Below are positions 13,818 to 27,182 of a DNA stretch of 64,000 nucleotides, piece by piece (within the stretch, counting starts at the first letter, position 1; each line of letters starts with the position of its first letter). Below the pieces are notes generated by a model. The model was not told the origin of the DNA. It searched no databases and saw only the letters and a program-made list of their open reading frames with translations. The translations under genes and the position numbers were made by a program. Source of the DNA: Octopus sinensis (lineage: Eukaryota); the NCBI RefSeq assembly GCF_006345805.1, contig NC_043000.1, positions 90,706,001-90,770,000 of the forward strand. Reading direction: 5' to 3'.

Positions 13818-14233
13818 TAGATATAGATATGACATACATACAAACATACACACGCACACATACACACACAGACACATACATATTTATATATGTAATATAT
13901 ATACACGTATTTATAAACCTATCTATCTATATACAAATTTATTGAGTTATCAATCAATATAACTAATTGCTCATTTATCTTTCTATCGAACTTTCTATCT
14001 GTCCGTCCGTCCGTCCGTTCGTCTGTCTGTCTCTCCCAAGCCACCGTGAGATATGGGTTTCTATATTTTCTAACCGGATTAACTAAGTGTTGCTTTCATT
14101 TCGCTTATTTTCAGCTCTAGAAATATAATTTAATATATTTTCGTGATTTAACTCTGCAAGTTTCCACACTTGAAAAATAATATATCTTGAAGAACTCACA
14201 AATGATTTTACATACATGCATACATACATACAT

Positions 14234-15245
14234 GGTGATTGGTTGTCTACTTCTTATACAGAGTTTGACCACCTCCTGTACCTACACTCTAGCACCATCA
14301 TGGCGTCTTATGTGGCATTTTAAACCAGACAATGTTCTGAAAAGACGCCCACAGATTGCACCTCTGATTTGGACCACCAAGATCTGCAGATAAGTTCTGC
14401 TCTTTGTGGATTTTAATATGTCTTTTAAGGCCTCCATGGATTTGCAAACCTTCTGACATACACTGCATTCAAAGGTGTGCACAGACTTATAGGCAGAATA
14501 GTTGATGGAGGTTCGTTTTCCATGCGTTCGCAGATGAGATTTGAAGCCAGCAAAAGACAGGGATGGTCTATCACAGACTTTGCACAAAAATGGTCATTGT
14601 TATTCACCTTCTTTTTTGAGTCTTACTTGCGTTATCCTGGCCTCTTCAAATGCTTTTACTCCACCCCACGCCTTTGTTCTCCATCCAACTCGATCCGAAG
14701 CAAGGGTTTCTATATCTTCTGGAACCATTTCAAGTGACTTCATAGTAGTCCTTATGCTGTCCTTAAACCTTTTTTTTTAGATTTACGCCGATAGCGTTTC
14801 CCCTCTGCAAGCTCACCATAAAACAGCTGTTTCGGCATGTGTTCATATGCTATTAGAATAATATGGCCACATCATCTGAATTGGTTCCTCAAAATCATAG
14901 TTTTAATTGAGGTGATGCCTGCAGTTGCAAGGACATCTGTGTTTGGAGTAAACGAACTCCATTTAATTTTTTAAAATGCGATGAAGGCATTTTTAGTGGA
15001 ATTACTCTAAGAGTTTAAAATGCATTTCATAACAAGTCCAAGTTTCACAGGAATACAACAGGGATGGTAAGATAAATGATTTGTAAAGAGCCAGCTTTGT
15101 TTTCTTATTTATATGTCGCTGGCACCAAACACGTGACTCCAAGCCACCAAATGCTTTTGCTGCCCTTTGAATTCGCAGCTGTATTTCTGTATCAACATTT
15201 CTATCATTTTGAACAGGGATTCCAAAGTAATTTAACATACTTTCG
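14234..15245 (-). mobile_element. 5'-truncated RTE-clade LINE: ORF C-terminus with three C2H2-type fingers (pseudogene)
   Basis: 15238-15002 YFGIPV..D.EIQLRIQRAAKAFGGLESRVW...TKLALYK...LLYSCETWT is typical post-RT RTE sequence; 14587-14282 has C-x2-C...H-x3-H motifs; frameshifts present. Confidence 0.85.
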
Positions 15246-15865
15246 AGATTTGACTTTGCAAGTTTTCACACTTGAAAACTAATATATCTTGAAAAACTCA
15301 CAAATGATTATACATACATGTATACATACATACATATATACATACATACATGCATACATACATACATACATACATACATACAAACATACATACATAGTAC
15401 ATGCATGCATGCGTACATAAAAACATATATACTTACATACAGACATACATATACAAAAATATAAATATAATTACAATACAATATTATTTTCCGGCGAAAT
15501 AAAGCATTGTAAAGTTAGAATTATAAATAGGAAATAATGGTAGAACAAGATATCAATTTTTGCTGGAAATAGCAATCAATAATCTTTCGATGCTAGCTAA
15601 GGCTTCACTGAATGTATAGAGACAAAAACGTGAACGAGCGGCGAATAAAAAAAAAATTCGTCTTACCTCTAGGTTGTGGAGTTCTTTGGTGGCTGGTCAT
15701 ACGTATCATTCGTGGCAACGTGGTTACACACACGCGCGCACACATACACATACATATACGCATGATGCGTATATTCATAGCATATGTCTATATGGTATAT
15801 AAATAGATAGACAGGCACTAGGGTAGCTAGGCTCAGGAGTGGCTGCGTGGTAAGTAGCTTGCTTA

Positions 15866-17919
15866 TCCTCGCTAACGAATGCGTGAGTTTGTCAGTCACG
15901 TACGAGATTGAACACTGTCAAGACGTGCTTGGAAGCTGTCTTGAATTAAAGAACCGTTGAAGGTTCGACTGCAAGGTAGGCGCCTGTCTTTTTAGGGATT
16001 CGGTGGGGAGTTTTAATTTTTTTTATATTGTTTTTTTTTCTCGAATAAGAAATCCTCACTGGGTCCTAGATATTTGTCTGCTGCGGTTGCGCCGAGTGAC
16101 TCATTTAGCTGCGAGAATTGTTGTTTGAGTGGGCATGTCTTGATACCAAAATTTGGAAAATTTATGAATTCGTGGAGGAATTTTTGTGTGTTGTGACGGT
16201 GAACTGGAGTACCTGTATTCTTGTGGATTACCTGAATGGTGGAATTGTGTTGTCGTGAATTGTACTGTCTTCCTTCGTTCTTTTTATGTGTTTTTATTAG
16301 ACTTTTAATTAGAATTAAATTTTGGATTTTGTGTTGAACATTTGTCTTTTTTTTTTTTTGCAAGCATGGCAACAAAAATAAAAACACTGTCTTGGAGTGG
16401 TAACTTGCTCCCCCAAACAGTGTGTAAAGGACCTTAATGAGAGAACGGTGGTGTTGAGGACATATTCCAAGTCCCTCGACTGTGTTCTCTCTAGTAGATG
16501 TTGAGAAGGAGTTGGCAGAATACCTACCAACCATCAATTTATTGCAAGGGGTGTCAAATATGCAACAGTGTGGTTGCTAATTGATAACCCTAAGGAGGCT
16601 CGCATTTTTGCGAGGCAGTCCCTGGAAGGGGAGAAAATTCTGTTTCTTCCCACATATCGTGGGGGAAATTGACAAGAGCTTGGGTGTGTGGGCTGCCATC
16701 CGGAACAGAGCCCGAGTGGATAGAGGACACTATCCGCCGGGGGTCTGGGTGGCAGCGGAGCCAAGCTCTTGAATGTTAAAATGATGCCTGCGGCTGATTG
16801 GGTGGGGTCAAAAGTTTTGACCCTGTGAACCCAATCAGCCGATGATGTAGTGTTCCCAGATTTTTTGAGGGTGGCCGGGTCCAGGTATCCGGTGATTCTT
16901 GAGGGACGCCCCTCCAAGTGTCATCAGTGCCTGGAGCCTGGCCACATTAAGAAGAACTGTCCCAAGGACCAGAGCAGAGTCCTGGAGCAGTTAGTTGTGG
17001 AAGAACCCCCCCTCCTCCGCTGGAAGGCGAGATGGAAGAGGGGAGAGTGACCGCCCCCGAAAAAAGGGGAGAAAAAGGAAGAAGGGGAGCAACAATGGTT
17101 GCTCTCCGAGTGATCCTGGTTTTGCGGGAGGAATTCAGGTTCCTGCGGTTATGGCGAAGGAGCCAACCCCTCCCGCACCAAAGATAAAAAAGAAAAAAGA
17201 ATGGGACAGTGCCGGAGGTATGCAGTGTACTGCTGGCATGTCCCGAGGCCTCTTTGGTGGGAATCGTGCCACCGAAAGAGGAAGCTGTAACCTCGTCGGT
17301 TGTGCTATCGGCAGAGGAAGAGACACCGTTGGCGGGAATTGTGCTGCCAACGGTAGAATTGACTATCTGCACCTCGGAGGTGTCTTCTACAGAGGTGGAA
17401 AGGTAGAAAAGGTAATGGAAAAACACTATAAGGGAATACCTTCAACTTTCACACGGGAGCCCGAGTGGCCTCCGCAGATAGCTGTGGAGGGATACGTAGG
17501 CTGGAGGGACTCAAAGAGGAATATCGCTTGTGGCTGGGTGACGCCGACTTGGAGCCCGTCTTGGTTTTAAACGAGGATTGGGTAATGGCGGAGTATACGG
17601 GCACAATCGATGTTGGGGAGGAAAATTGACAAGAAGTTGAAAATCCTCAGTGTTGTAATGTTTAAGTGTGTAAGCGGCTCAGCGCCTCAATTTGTAAATA
17701 TATTATTAAGTCCAATTATTGTAAAACGGAAGTAAGAGGTTTAATACCTCGGTTTGTTTTTTGTGTAAAAAATAATGTTTCAGAGAAGCAAAGAATCAGC
17801 GGGCGTTTTTTGCCTTCTCCCATTAATATAATTTTATTTCATCATTCATCTCACTAATGTTCCTGTCCAGCCCGCAAGCTACTCTGTATCATGCCTTTAT
17901 GGCAAACTTTTTTGATATA
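15866..17919 (+). mobile_element. ORF1-only L1/Tx1-type retroelement (HAL1-like) with 14-bp TSD
   Basis: TSD aagtagcttgctta at 15852-15865 and 17920-17933; ~500-bp 5' UTR; frameshifted ORF1 ~16366-17629; 3' UTR ends ...tttatggcaaacttttttgatata; no RT/EN motif seen. Confidence 0.75.
16366..17629 (+). pseudogene. Decayed L1/Tx1 ORF1p (RRM-like region, CCHC zinc knuckle, low-complexity linker, C-terminal domain)
   Basis: Joined frames give ...FLPTYRG..TRAWVCGLPSGTEPEWIE...RYPVILEGRPSKCHQCLEPGHIKKNCP; CX2CX4HX4C at 16919-16960. Confidence 0.8.
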
Positions 17920-18082
17920 AAGTAGCTTGCTTACCAACCATATGGTTCCAGGTTCAGTCCGACTGAGTGGTACCTTGGGCAAGTGTCTTCTACTATAACC
18001 TCGGGGCCCACCAAATCCTTGTGAGTGGATTTGGTAGACTGAAGGAACCCGTCGTATGTATATAACATTTATCAATTCGTTT

Positions 18083-18373
18083 TGCAAGATTCCTGAAGTG
18101 AAATCGTGTGTTGAAACAGATATTGTTGTATTTCGGGATGGTCATTTTATTTATTATTTTTTGCTTTGCCAAATAAACACACGCACTGTATTTTTTTTCA
18201 CTCGTTTATTACTGTTATTTTATTATTTATCGCTTGTACCATTTTCTGGACAATGGACAGGCATGAAAATAATAAAATAACAGTAATAAACGAGTGAAGA
18301 AAAAATAGTACGTGTGTTTATCTGGCAAAAAAAATTAAAATAATAAATAAAATGACAATCCCGGAATATAACA

Positions 18374-18377
<4 letters not shown>
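18083..18377. repeat. Fold-back element (arms 18120-18228 / 18267-18377), same family as 44041-44496
   Basis: Diverged inverted arms; shared leader tgcaagatt...gtgaa.tcgtgtgttgaaacagatattgtt. Confidence 0.8.
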
Positions 18378-18420
<43 letters not shown>

Positions 18421-18615
18421 GTGTGTGTGTGTGTGCCTGTGTTTGTTCCCCCACCATCGCTTGACAACTGATGCTGGCTTACATAGAATAGGTCCTGGGG
18501 TCGATTTATTCGACTAAATTCAGTGCTCCAGCATGGCCGCAGTCAAATGACTGAAAAAAATTAAAGTTAAAGAGTAACGGAGATAGACAGATAGCTAGAC
18601 AAATAAGTTAAATCA

Positions 18616-18737
<122 letters not shown>

Positions 18738-18759
18738 ATATATATATCTGTCTGTCTGT

Positions 18760-19220
18760 CTGTCTATGTACTCAGAAAAACCTGTGCAAAAAATTATTTC
18801 ACACCGAAGTACGAAATATTTACCCAGGATAGGGACAGGCATGCCAGCAAGGGCTGGGCATCTGGCGGAACAGCAAGAAAGAGACAGATGCAAGAGCGAT
18901 CAGGAATCGGACACTTTCTGGCAAAACAGGGAAAGAGACAAAAGCAGGAGACGTCATGAATCGGATGCTCGTATGTATGCAAACAGAATAAAACAAGTTT
19001 TGCGTAAATCGGATCCACGGGTTACCGAGATACGCGGGTTTTTCGAGTACCTTTTTAAATAGCCAAATCAGCGAATAATAGGAACAACGCTTTAAAAGTA
19101 AGGTACCAATGAAATGGAATAACAGAAGTTTCGCGTAAATCGGACCACGGATTCCCGAGATACGCGCTTTTTTCGAGTACTTTGAATTATTAGTGACCAA
19201 AAGGGTCACGGGTTGTCTAG
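18760..19220 (+). mobile_element. Non-autonomous Helitron-like element
   Basis: 3' hairpin gtgacc-aaaag-ggtcac then gggttgt-CTAG|T (19217-19221); internal ~55-bp direct repeats at ~18995 and ~19126; 5' end abuts (TCTA)n. Confidence 0.6.
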
Positions 19221-22200
19221 TACATATATGTAAGTACTGGTGCGCTCGTTTGTGTCGGCAAATACCTAAATCACAATCTGGAAAAGTTTGAATTCTAAAG
19301 CAAACAAAGAGGCCGGCTTGTATCAAATTTATAGATATAAGTCGAACAGTGAAACCATGTAGGATTTAATAAATTTCAATATGCAACGATTATCGTTTTC
19401 ATCATCCAATTTTCAGTGATGGAATTTTTGTTTCTTTGTTTTTCTTCGAAAATTTCTGATAAATATAAAATTGAAGAGAGAATGTATACTGTAGTATACA
19501 TCTTACTGACTCGAGTTCGAATTCTGTCTGTCGCACATTTGTACCATTTTTCTTTATGCGTATCGGCATAATAATTGATCAGCTTTATGGAAAAGTTAAA
19601 CATTCAATCAATCGAGTCTCCACTTTCAAATTAGGATTATATTCTATTTAAACGACTACCAATTTACTTTAAAAATATGTAATGAGCAGAAGTAGCGATA
19701 CAGTTGTTATCATTTAACACCAAGTCAACAATTATCATGTTTACTATTTGGTACAACTATAACGTTTTTTAAATCAATGTAACCATGAATACAGCATCCA
19801 ATTCCTTATCTGTTAAAAAAATTACTCGCGTGATTCGAGGAAGATTTACTTGGTGTTTTTAGCAGGGTGATTCTCAGTGTAAAAGACCCCTTGTTGGCTC
19901 GAAAAGTCGTTGAGATAATTCATAAAGTGGCAGATTAGTATTTGCAAGTATCACGATTTTAGTTTATTCCCACATTAGGACAGCTAAAGCAGACTTGTAG
20001 TCAAATGAGTTCCAACCGTGACCATTATTTATTTATTTCTTTTCTTTAGGGGAAACATTGGATAAATATACTACCGAATGGTTTCTTTCTGCCATTTTTT
20101 AAAGATGGTAAGTTATAATTCTAAAAATATTTAGCTTCTATTTCGAACAGATGAAGAGACGGTATGGAAGTTTCCCTGATGGGTCACCAGGATACAGTTT
20201 CGATTTTAGCTTGCACAAGTATATTTCAATTATATCGGTCAAATATGTGAAAAAGCACAAATCATATACATCAATATTTTCTTCCAAATGTGCCCGGCCT
20301 CTATATCCAAAATATAAAGAAAAAGAACAAAATGCATTTAAAAATATACAAATAAATGAAGCATCATACTTAACATGCTGTTATAATCTAAAGGTAAATG
20401 CAGGTTATCAATAGGTTTCTTTTAATAATTATTACAATTTCCTCTCAAGTATTTTAGTAATGCACCTCTCGTGAAAGAATGAACATAATGCAATCCCCAT
20501 TCCGCATATTTTTAAAATGTGAAACATCGTAGGTAAGAAATAATCATGTAACCGATTATGTATAATAATCTACATAATCGACTAAAAAGATCTTTAAGAG
20601 AAACATACTTAGCATAAACTTAGAAAAGCATATAATTCATTCTTGGTGTTTTATCTGAATGAAACAGCTCTTGAGCACAACTAAAGTATGGTTTATATTA
20701 GAAATGCGTGATTTTCAGCATTTATAATATGTAAACGTATATTTAACAAGAGGAATGTAAATAACTTTACACCAATATTGTTGGTTTATCAACTGAAAGT
20801 TTGAAGGATCGTTATCCTGTAACCAGCCAGATTAAGAATCAATAACCAAAACCATTCAATCCTTAAATGGTCACGTTCAAGTCACTGAACCATAGGTACC
20901 ATGAGGCAGTTTTAAGATTATAAGGATCAGCGGTTGTCGGGCTGGGGTGTAGTTTTGCTGCCAAAAGCATTTTGCTGGAGTTGTAATATTGATATTGCCC
21001 TCAATTCGGAAATGAAATATATTCGGTAAAGTGCAAGTATTATATTCGCCAATGGGATTTAGCAGGTCTCTCTCTTTCCCCCTCTCTCTCTCCCTCTCCC
21101 TCTCTCTCTCCCTCTCCCTCTCTCTCTCTCTCTGTCTCTCTCTCTATAGATATACGTATATATATGCATATACACATATACATACACTATACATGCACGC
21201 ACGCACACACGCACACACGCAAACACATAGATAGTAGATAGATAGGTATAAGTACTTACACACACACACTCACACACATGCACACACACGCACGCGCACA
21301 CACATGCACATCAATCAAATCATAAGTCGGGTTCGAACTTCCGATCTTCGAACTAGATCTTGGTTACTAATGACGGCGCTTTGCTATATACGTCGATTTA
21401 TTCTATCGCATATCATAAATAATAGAGGAAGAAAAAAAAAGAAAATTTTATAAGATTTAAAACAAAAATAATAAAACCAAGGATATAAAAACAAAGAATA
21501 TTGATATATAAAAAAGTAAAGCTCGATAAATAATTCTTCCAATGCGTTCTAAATGAAGAAAATATAGATCGAAGAAAATTGTCTGGAACAATTAATGACA
21601 TATGTTTCACTATGGCGCTCAGTTTTCTGATGATTGATCTGCGAGTAATTGTATCTAAATTTGATTCTTTGTTTAACCACTTTGTTCCATTCCAATATAT
21701 CCATTATCTTCAAGCAAATACAAAAGCTACAATGAAAGACATTAGTCAGAATAATGTTCCACTTATTAACTACTATGTTTCGCTAACCATTTAAATCGGA
21801 CAGATTCCTCATGAATTCCACATTCTCTCTCAGCTGAGATGCTAATGCTTTCATTGTAATATCTAAAAATTGTTGATTTGTTTATTCGTAATTTATTTCA
21901 GTTTGTGTTTTCTTATCATTATTGATAAGGAATCTCATGAATATAACGCTAATTATTGCTAGGATTTTTCGATTTGACGAATAGAGGACGCTAAAGAAGT
22001 TTTAAAAAGGCTACAGTTAGTCTCGCCACTTTTGGCACAGAAATTATCAAATTATTCATAATTTCTTTGTCTTCTTCAGCAGGTCAGCCAAATTAAATCT
22101 GGTTAGGGAACTAACCATATTACCGAATTATTAAAATATTGTTATTATTTGAAAATTTGATATATTTTTCTCTGATATATACATTATTGATTTTTTCCTG

Positions 22201-22834
22201 GTGTCTAGAATTCTAAACCTATTTATCGTTGCCCTAATAAGAATAATTTTAATAACATGGTCATTATTTTTGGTCTACCGACCACAAACGCAGAAGAGTT
22301 TGTAATCACACCAAACAGAAAGCAGAATGTAACTATGATATTTGAGATAAGAGTTGCATTTCTGACACTGTTGCTGCTTGCTTCCCCACCACTTGTCCTT
22401 TCGATATAGTCATATTATTTTGTGTGCCATAAAAAAATAATTCAAGTATTGAGTCGCAGTAGTGTTCAGATATTCATTTTCGTTGATCCCACAAACCATC
22501 TTACCTTCTTTTCATACTCATGATGAGGACAGATATGTTTGATTCTATTATGTTTCTATCATAATTAATGATTTCGGGTTCGGACTCGAATGTATAAGCA
22601 AAGAAAAGAACGTTCCAAATAATTAGCTGAATCTACTCATGGTAACTATGTAAAATTAGATGGCCTGCTCTATTAAGAATCAAGGGCCTTGTCTCTTGCA
22701 ATAGCATTGTTTTCTCTCTAACAATGGAATAAGAATAACCGATCTTTTTATCAGGTGTCTCATATATAAAGGTATATAGAAGGGAAAGTTATTAACAACA
22801 ATTAAGATTTTAAAGTTATATTGAGGGCACAATA

Positions 22835-22899
<65 letters not shown>

Positions 22900-22959
22900 A
22901 TAATAATAAATAATAATGATAATAACAACAATAATAATAATGATAAATAATAATGATAT

Positions 22960-22994
<35 letters not shown>

Positions 22995-23012
22995 ATAATA
23001 ATAATAATACAC

Positions 23013-23361
23013 ACACGAATGTCGTTCATTAAATACTTCCCCTGAACCACTTCCGGTTATTGCAAGAAACGGAAGATGTCTCTTGCACCATCTGACCTCC
23101 ACCTCTTTCTAACCACGAAGTCCTTTTTGAAGGGAAAGCACTTTTCGGATGATGAACTTATTTCCAAGGTAAAGTCTTGGCTCCTGACACAATCTACAGA
23201 CTTCTAGACACGAGGTCTTCACAGCTGCATAAAGCAATGCGAGAAGTGTGCCACCATTGGTGGTGGCTATGTAGAGTAGGACTAATAATTATGCCAAGTT
23301 TCGTTTATCCTAGTCCTTGGGAAGTGGGTTGGGAGAAATCTTTAATGAACACCCCTCGAAT
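23013..23361 (+). mobile_element. Internally deleted mariner element
   Basis: TIR-like ends cgaatgtcgttcattaaatacttc / gaaatctttaatgaacacccctcg; remnant LAPSDLHLF...LKGKHFSDDE...VKSWL...CEKC...GGYVE. Confidence 0.8.
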
Positions 23362-23363
23362 AA

Positions 23364-23539
23364 CTTTTAGTCGAACAAAATTTTATAAAGCCTAGTATTT
23401 ATTCTATCGGTCACTTTTGCCGAACCGCTAAGTTACGGGAATATAAACACACCAACACTAGTTGTCAAGCAGTGGTGGAGGACAAACTCAAAGACAAATA
23501 GAGAGTCACACACACACTTAGATATATACATGTGCATGC

Positions 23540-23570
<31 letters not shown>

Positions 23571-23731
23571 CGATGGGATTCTTTCAATTTCCATCAACCA
23601 AATCCACTCACAAGGCCTTGGTAAACCCGAAGCTATAGCAGAAGACACTTGCCTAAGGTGCCACGCAGTGAGACTGTATCCGGAGCCAACTGTTGGGAAG
23701 TAAGCTTCTTAGTACACATCTACGCCTGCGC
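23364..23731 (-). mobile_element. SINE AC with internal microsatellite
   Basis: Body, (CA)(TA) tract and head all align to the 30655 copy. Confidence 0.85.
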
Positions 23732-24021
23732 TTATATATAACCTTAGAAGACGGAGAATATGTTCAGGGAGTTACAAAAGCAGAAAACGACAATATAGAT
23801 GTGATAGTCAGACAGATGATCAGTTCATTAAATTAACGATCCATCGTTTTGTTAGGCTATTAGTTGAACGACTGGCAATTTGATTATGAGAAATGTCGAT
23901 CTGTAGGTGATTCAGTGGTGCGTGATATTAGTTTCAAGATGCATCCAATGGATTCCCTCAGTCGCCGTTCATCTAGTGTCAAATTCGGTAAAAGTGAATT
24001 CAAATTCCTTGATATATTTGC

Positions 24022-24260
24022 TGTGGAGGTACGTAGCTTAGTTGTTGGAGTGTTGGACTCATGATTGTAAGATTGTTGTTTCGGTCCCAGGACAGGGTGA
24101 TGCGTTATGTTCTTGAGCAAAATACTTCGTCTCATGCAGCTCCAGTCCACTCAAAAATGAGTAAACCTGTGGTGGACTGGCGTTCTATCATGAGGAAAAA
24201 AATATATATACTTCATAGAATTCGGAAACCAGACTTAGTATCCATGGTTCGGGAAGAAAA
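24022..24260 (+). mobile_element. tRNA-derived SINE family 'D'
   Basis: gtggagg..gtagcttag...gttcttgagcaaaatacttc...ctccagtccactc; same head as 31938 and 63120. Confidence 0.7.
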
Positions 24261-24269
24261 TTTGACCGC

Positions 24270-24418
24270 TTTCGTTTTACAAATCGCAAAGATGATCGAC
24301 TGAGGAACGAAAACTCCGAATGACCTGTCCTTGTTTTTTCTTGTCCCTTTTTATATCATCTAACTATCTGGATGTTATGCTGTCGCCTGTTGCGTTCTTG
24401 CTCCATTTTTTGTATTCT

Positions 24419-24491
<73 letters not shown>

Positions 24492-24689
24492 AAGAGTTTA
24501 CGGAAAAAACAAAAGACGAAGACAGGTGGTGTACAAAGCAAACAGATGTATTAGTATAACGCTCAGGTATAGAAAACGTCTTTTACGTTTCGAGCCTACG
24601 CTCTTCTACAGAAAGGGACACAGAAAACAAGGAGAGAAAAATGTGTGTAGTGGCTAACGATCTATCATGGCGTCTGATATATATATCAG

Positions 24690-24727
<38 letters not shown>

Positions 24728-24925
24728 GTATGTAACCGCACGTGATTGTTGGTGATCTTGTCGCTTCGTTTTAGACATCCCTGTTTTTTTCCTGCTTCTG
24801 ATGAAGAGGTATGCTCGAAATGTATAACTACTACTCTTCTCCTTCTCTGACCTTCTTATCAATACGTTGCTTGTGCTACGTCCACACTTTTTCTCTGTTT
24901 TTTCTCTGTTTTTTTAATTGATTAT
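24270..24925. mobile_element. Cluster of three short (TA)n-anchored pLTR-like repeats (+,-,+)
   Basis: 24270-24420 (related to 43835-43985), 24488-24672 (family G, hammerhead-like 24580-24615, minus strand), 24725-24920 (hammerhead-like 24795-24830); each ends at (TA)n. Confidence 0.6.
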
Positions 24926-25067
24926 ATATATATATTATACCTGTATATATGTGTGTGTTTGTATATATATATATATATATATGCATGTGTGTGTATGTGT
25001 ATTTGAATACACAAACCTGAAAATGAGTATTCAATGCCTATTATTATTATTATTATCATTATTATTA

Positions 25068-25122
<55 letters not shown>

Positions 25123-26002
25123 GTTAATATCATTATTAGTTTTATGTATATATTATTTCTTTATTTAAAGCTTATACTTCATTCGCAGTTTCCCGCTTGA
25201 ATAACTGTCAATGTCCAAGCGTCTTTGAGTGACTGCCGAATTTTTCGTGAATAATTGTATTTCTGTGAACGTTGCATGTCTACATTATTTCAGTGTTAAA
25301 AATTTTTCAACATTTTGTTTGAATTTAGTATATACATAAAAATGTCGATCTTTTGGTGCACAACAGAAAGAAGTCGAAAAGATGGAGAAACTAAAAACAA
25401 AACAGAACAAAACAAAACACAAGCACAAACAAACGAAAGAAAACGAGAGGATTCATATATTTTTTGTCTTTTTGTCTTTTTTCAAATTTCCCCAAACTCG
25501 TTTTTGAGATATGATTTCTTATAGTATTTTACGATTTTTCGCAAAATAGAGCAGCAAGCCTAAGAAAGTAACACCAAACTGATTTCTACAGAGGAAATTA
25601 CTTTTTCACTTGTATTTCATTACTGATTTGATGATTAAGGATTTTGTCCGTGTCCTCTTTGTCAATTCATGATTAATCTCCGTTTGCTGGGTGCCCAACT
25701 AAAAATAGATTATGCATTATTTATTTATTTACTTTTTCTATGGTGACATTGTCATCGAACTTTTCAGTAAATTCTTTAATATTTGTACTAATTCAATTTT
25801 TCTTTTATTTTCTCGTTGAATCTTCTTTTTTATGTATATACGTTCATTTTATTTATTTATTTACGTATGTATATGTTTATCTGTTTATTGGTTGTGTTCT
25901 ATTAGTTTTGAAAACTCATTTCTTTATCTTAGAAAAGTAAGGTACAAGAAATAACGGACAAGAAAAAATGTATAGTATAAAAAAATAGAACAAGACAGAT
26001 AA

Positions 26003-26042
<40 letters not shown>

Positions 26043-26075
26043 ATATATATATACATATATATATACATATATGTG

Positions 26076-26150
<75 letters not shown>

Positions 26151-26361
26151 ATATATATATGGTATTTTTCAGGATTTCCCTCATGAAAGATGTTGCTTCA
26201 GATTTTGGAATTTTTGGTAATTTATTGTGACAACTTTTCATATTCTCTTCTGATAGCAATTTGGGAAGAGAAAGAAAAAGTTCTGATAATCTTTTCTTGC
26301 CTATATATATTTTAGAAGAATGAGGTTTATGCATAAGATCAATACATAATTACTAATGAAT

Positions 26362-26407
<46 letters not shown>

Positions 26408-26433
26408 ATATAATAATAATAATATATACATAC

Positions 26434-26476
<43 letters not shown>

Positions 26477-26808
26477 CTTGTGTTTGTGTGTGTGCGTGTG
26501 TGTATGTATTTATCGAAACAAAACAAGTAATCATGGAACTATTCAGTTAAAACAAGTACAAGTGACCATTCTCAATGTCTCTTGCTAGAGAGGCAAAGAG
26601 AAAAATGTTGTGTATAAGTGAGAGAAACAAGAAGAGTTTATCGATATCTACATAGAAATATGGAAGCAAATACCAAGACACAACGAAAATATAGCTCCGA
26701 CACCAGAGATAAAAGCAAACAGAGAAATAAACATTCGCGTAATAACAAATGAACCAGAGTTAACTCTGAGGCGAACCTGATTTAAACGAAAATGAAAATA
26801 TAAAAAGA

Positions 26809-27182
26809 GCGGCGAGCTGGCAGAAACGTTAGCACGCCGGGCGAAGTGCTTAGCAGTATTTCGTCTGCCGTTACATTCTGAGTTCAAATTCCGCCGAGGT
26901 CGACTTTGCCTTTCATTTTTTCGGGGTCGATTAAATAAGTACCAATTACGCACTGAGGTCGATATAATCGACTTAATCCGTTTGTCTGTCCTTGTTTGTC
27001 CTCTCTATGTTTAGCCCCTTGTGGGTAATAAAGAAACAGGTATTTCGTCTGTCTTTACGCTCTGAATTCAAATTCCGAAATTCCGCCGAGGTCGACTTTG
27101 CCTTTCATACTTTCGGGGTCGACAAATTAAGTGCCAGTTGCGTACTGGTGTCGATCTTATCGGCTTGCCACTTCCCCCAAAA
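26809..27182 (+). mobile_element. SINE B, full copy plus tandem partial copy
   Basis: ggcgagctggcagaaacgttagcacgccggg...; second copy restarts at gtatttcgtctg (~27040). Confidence 0.9.

Larger units (their letters stand above)
15831..18575 (+). mobile_element. SINE AC split by two nested insertions
   Basis: Head 15831-15865 resumes at 17920-18063; internal (TA)(TG) tract at ~18378-18435; body and tail at ~18436-18575. Confidence 0.8.

Noticed and set aside
20050-20220. Strong splice signals (20050-20107; acceptor at 20150)
   Set aside because: The region resembles a diverged interspersed repeat; frames are short and uninformative.
26160-26334. KIYIGK as a GIY-YIG motif
   Set aside because: Downstream conserved R and E residues are missing, and the motif derives partly from a TA run.
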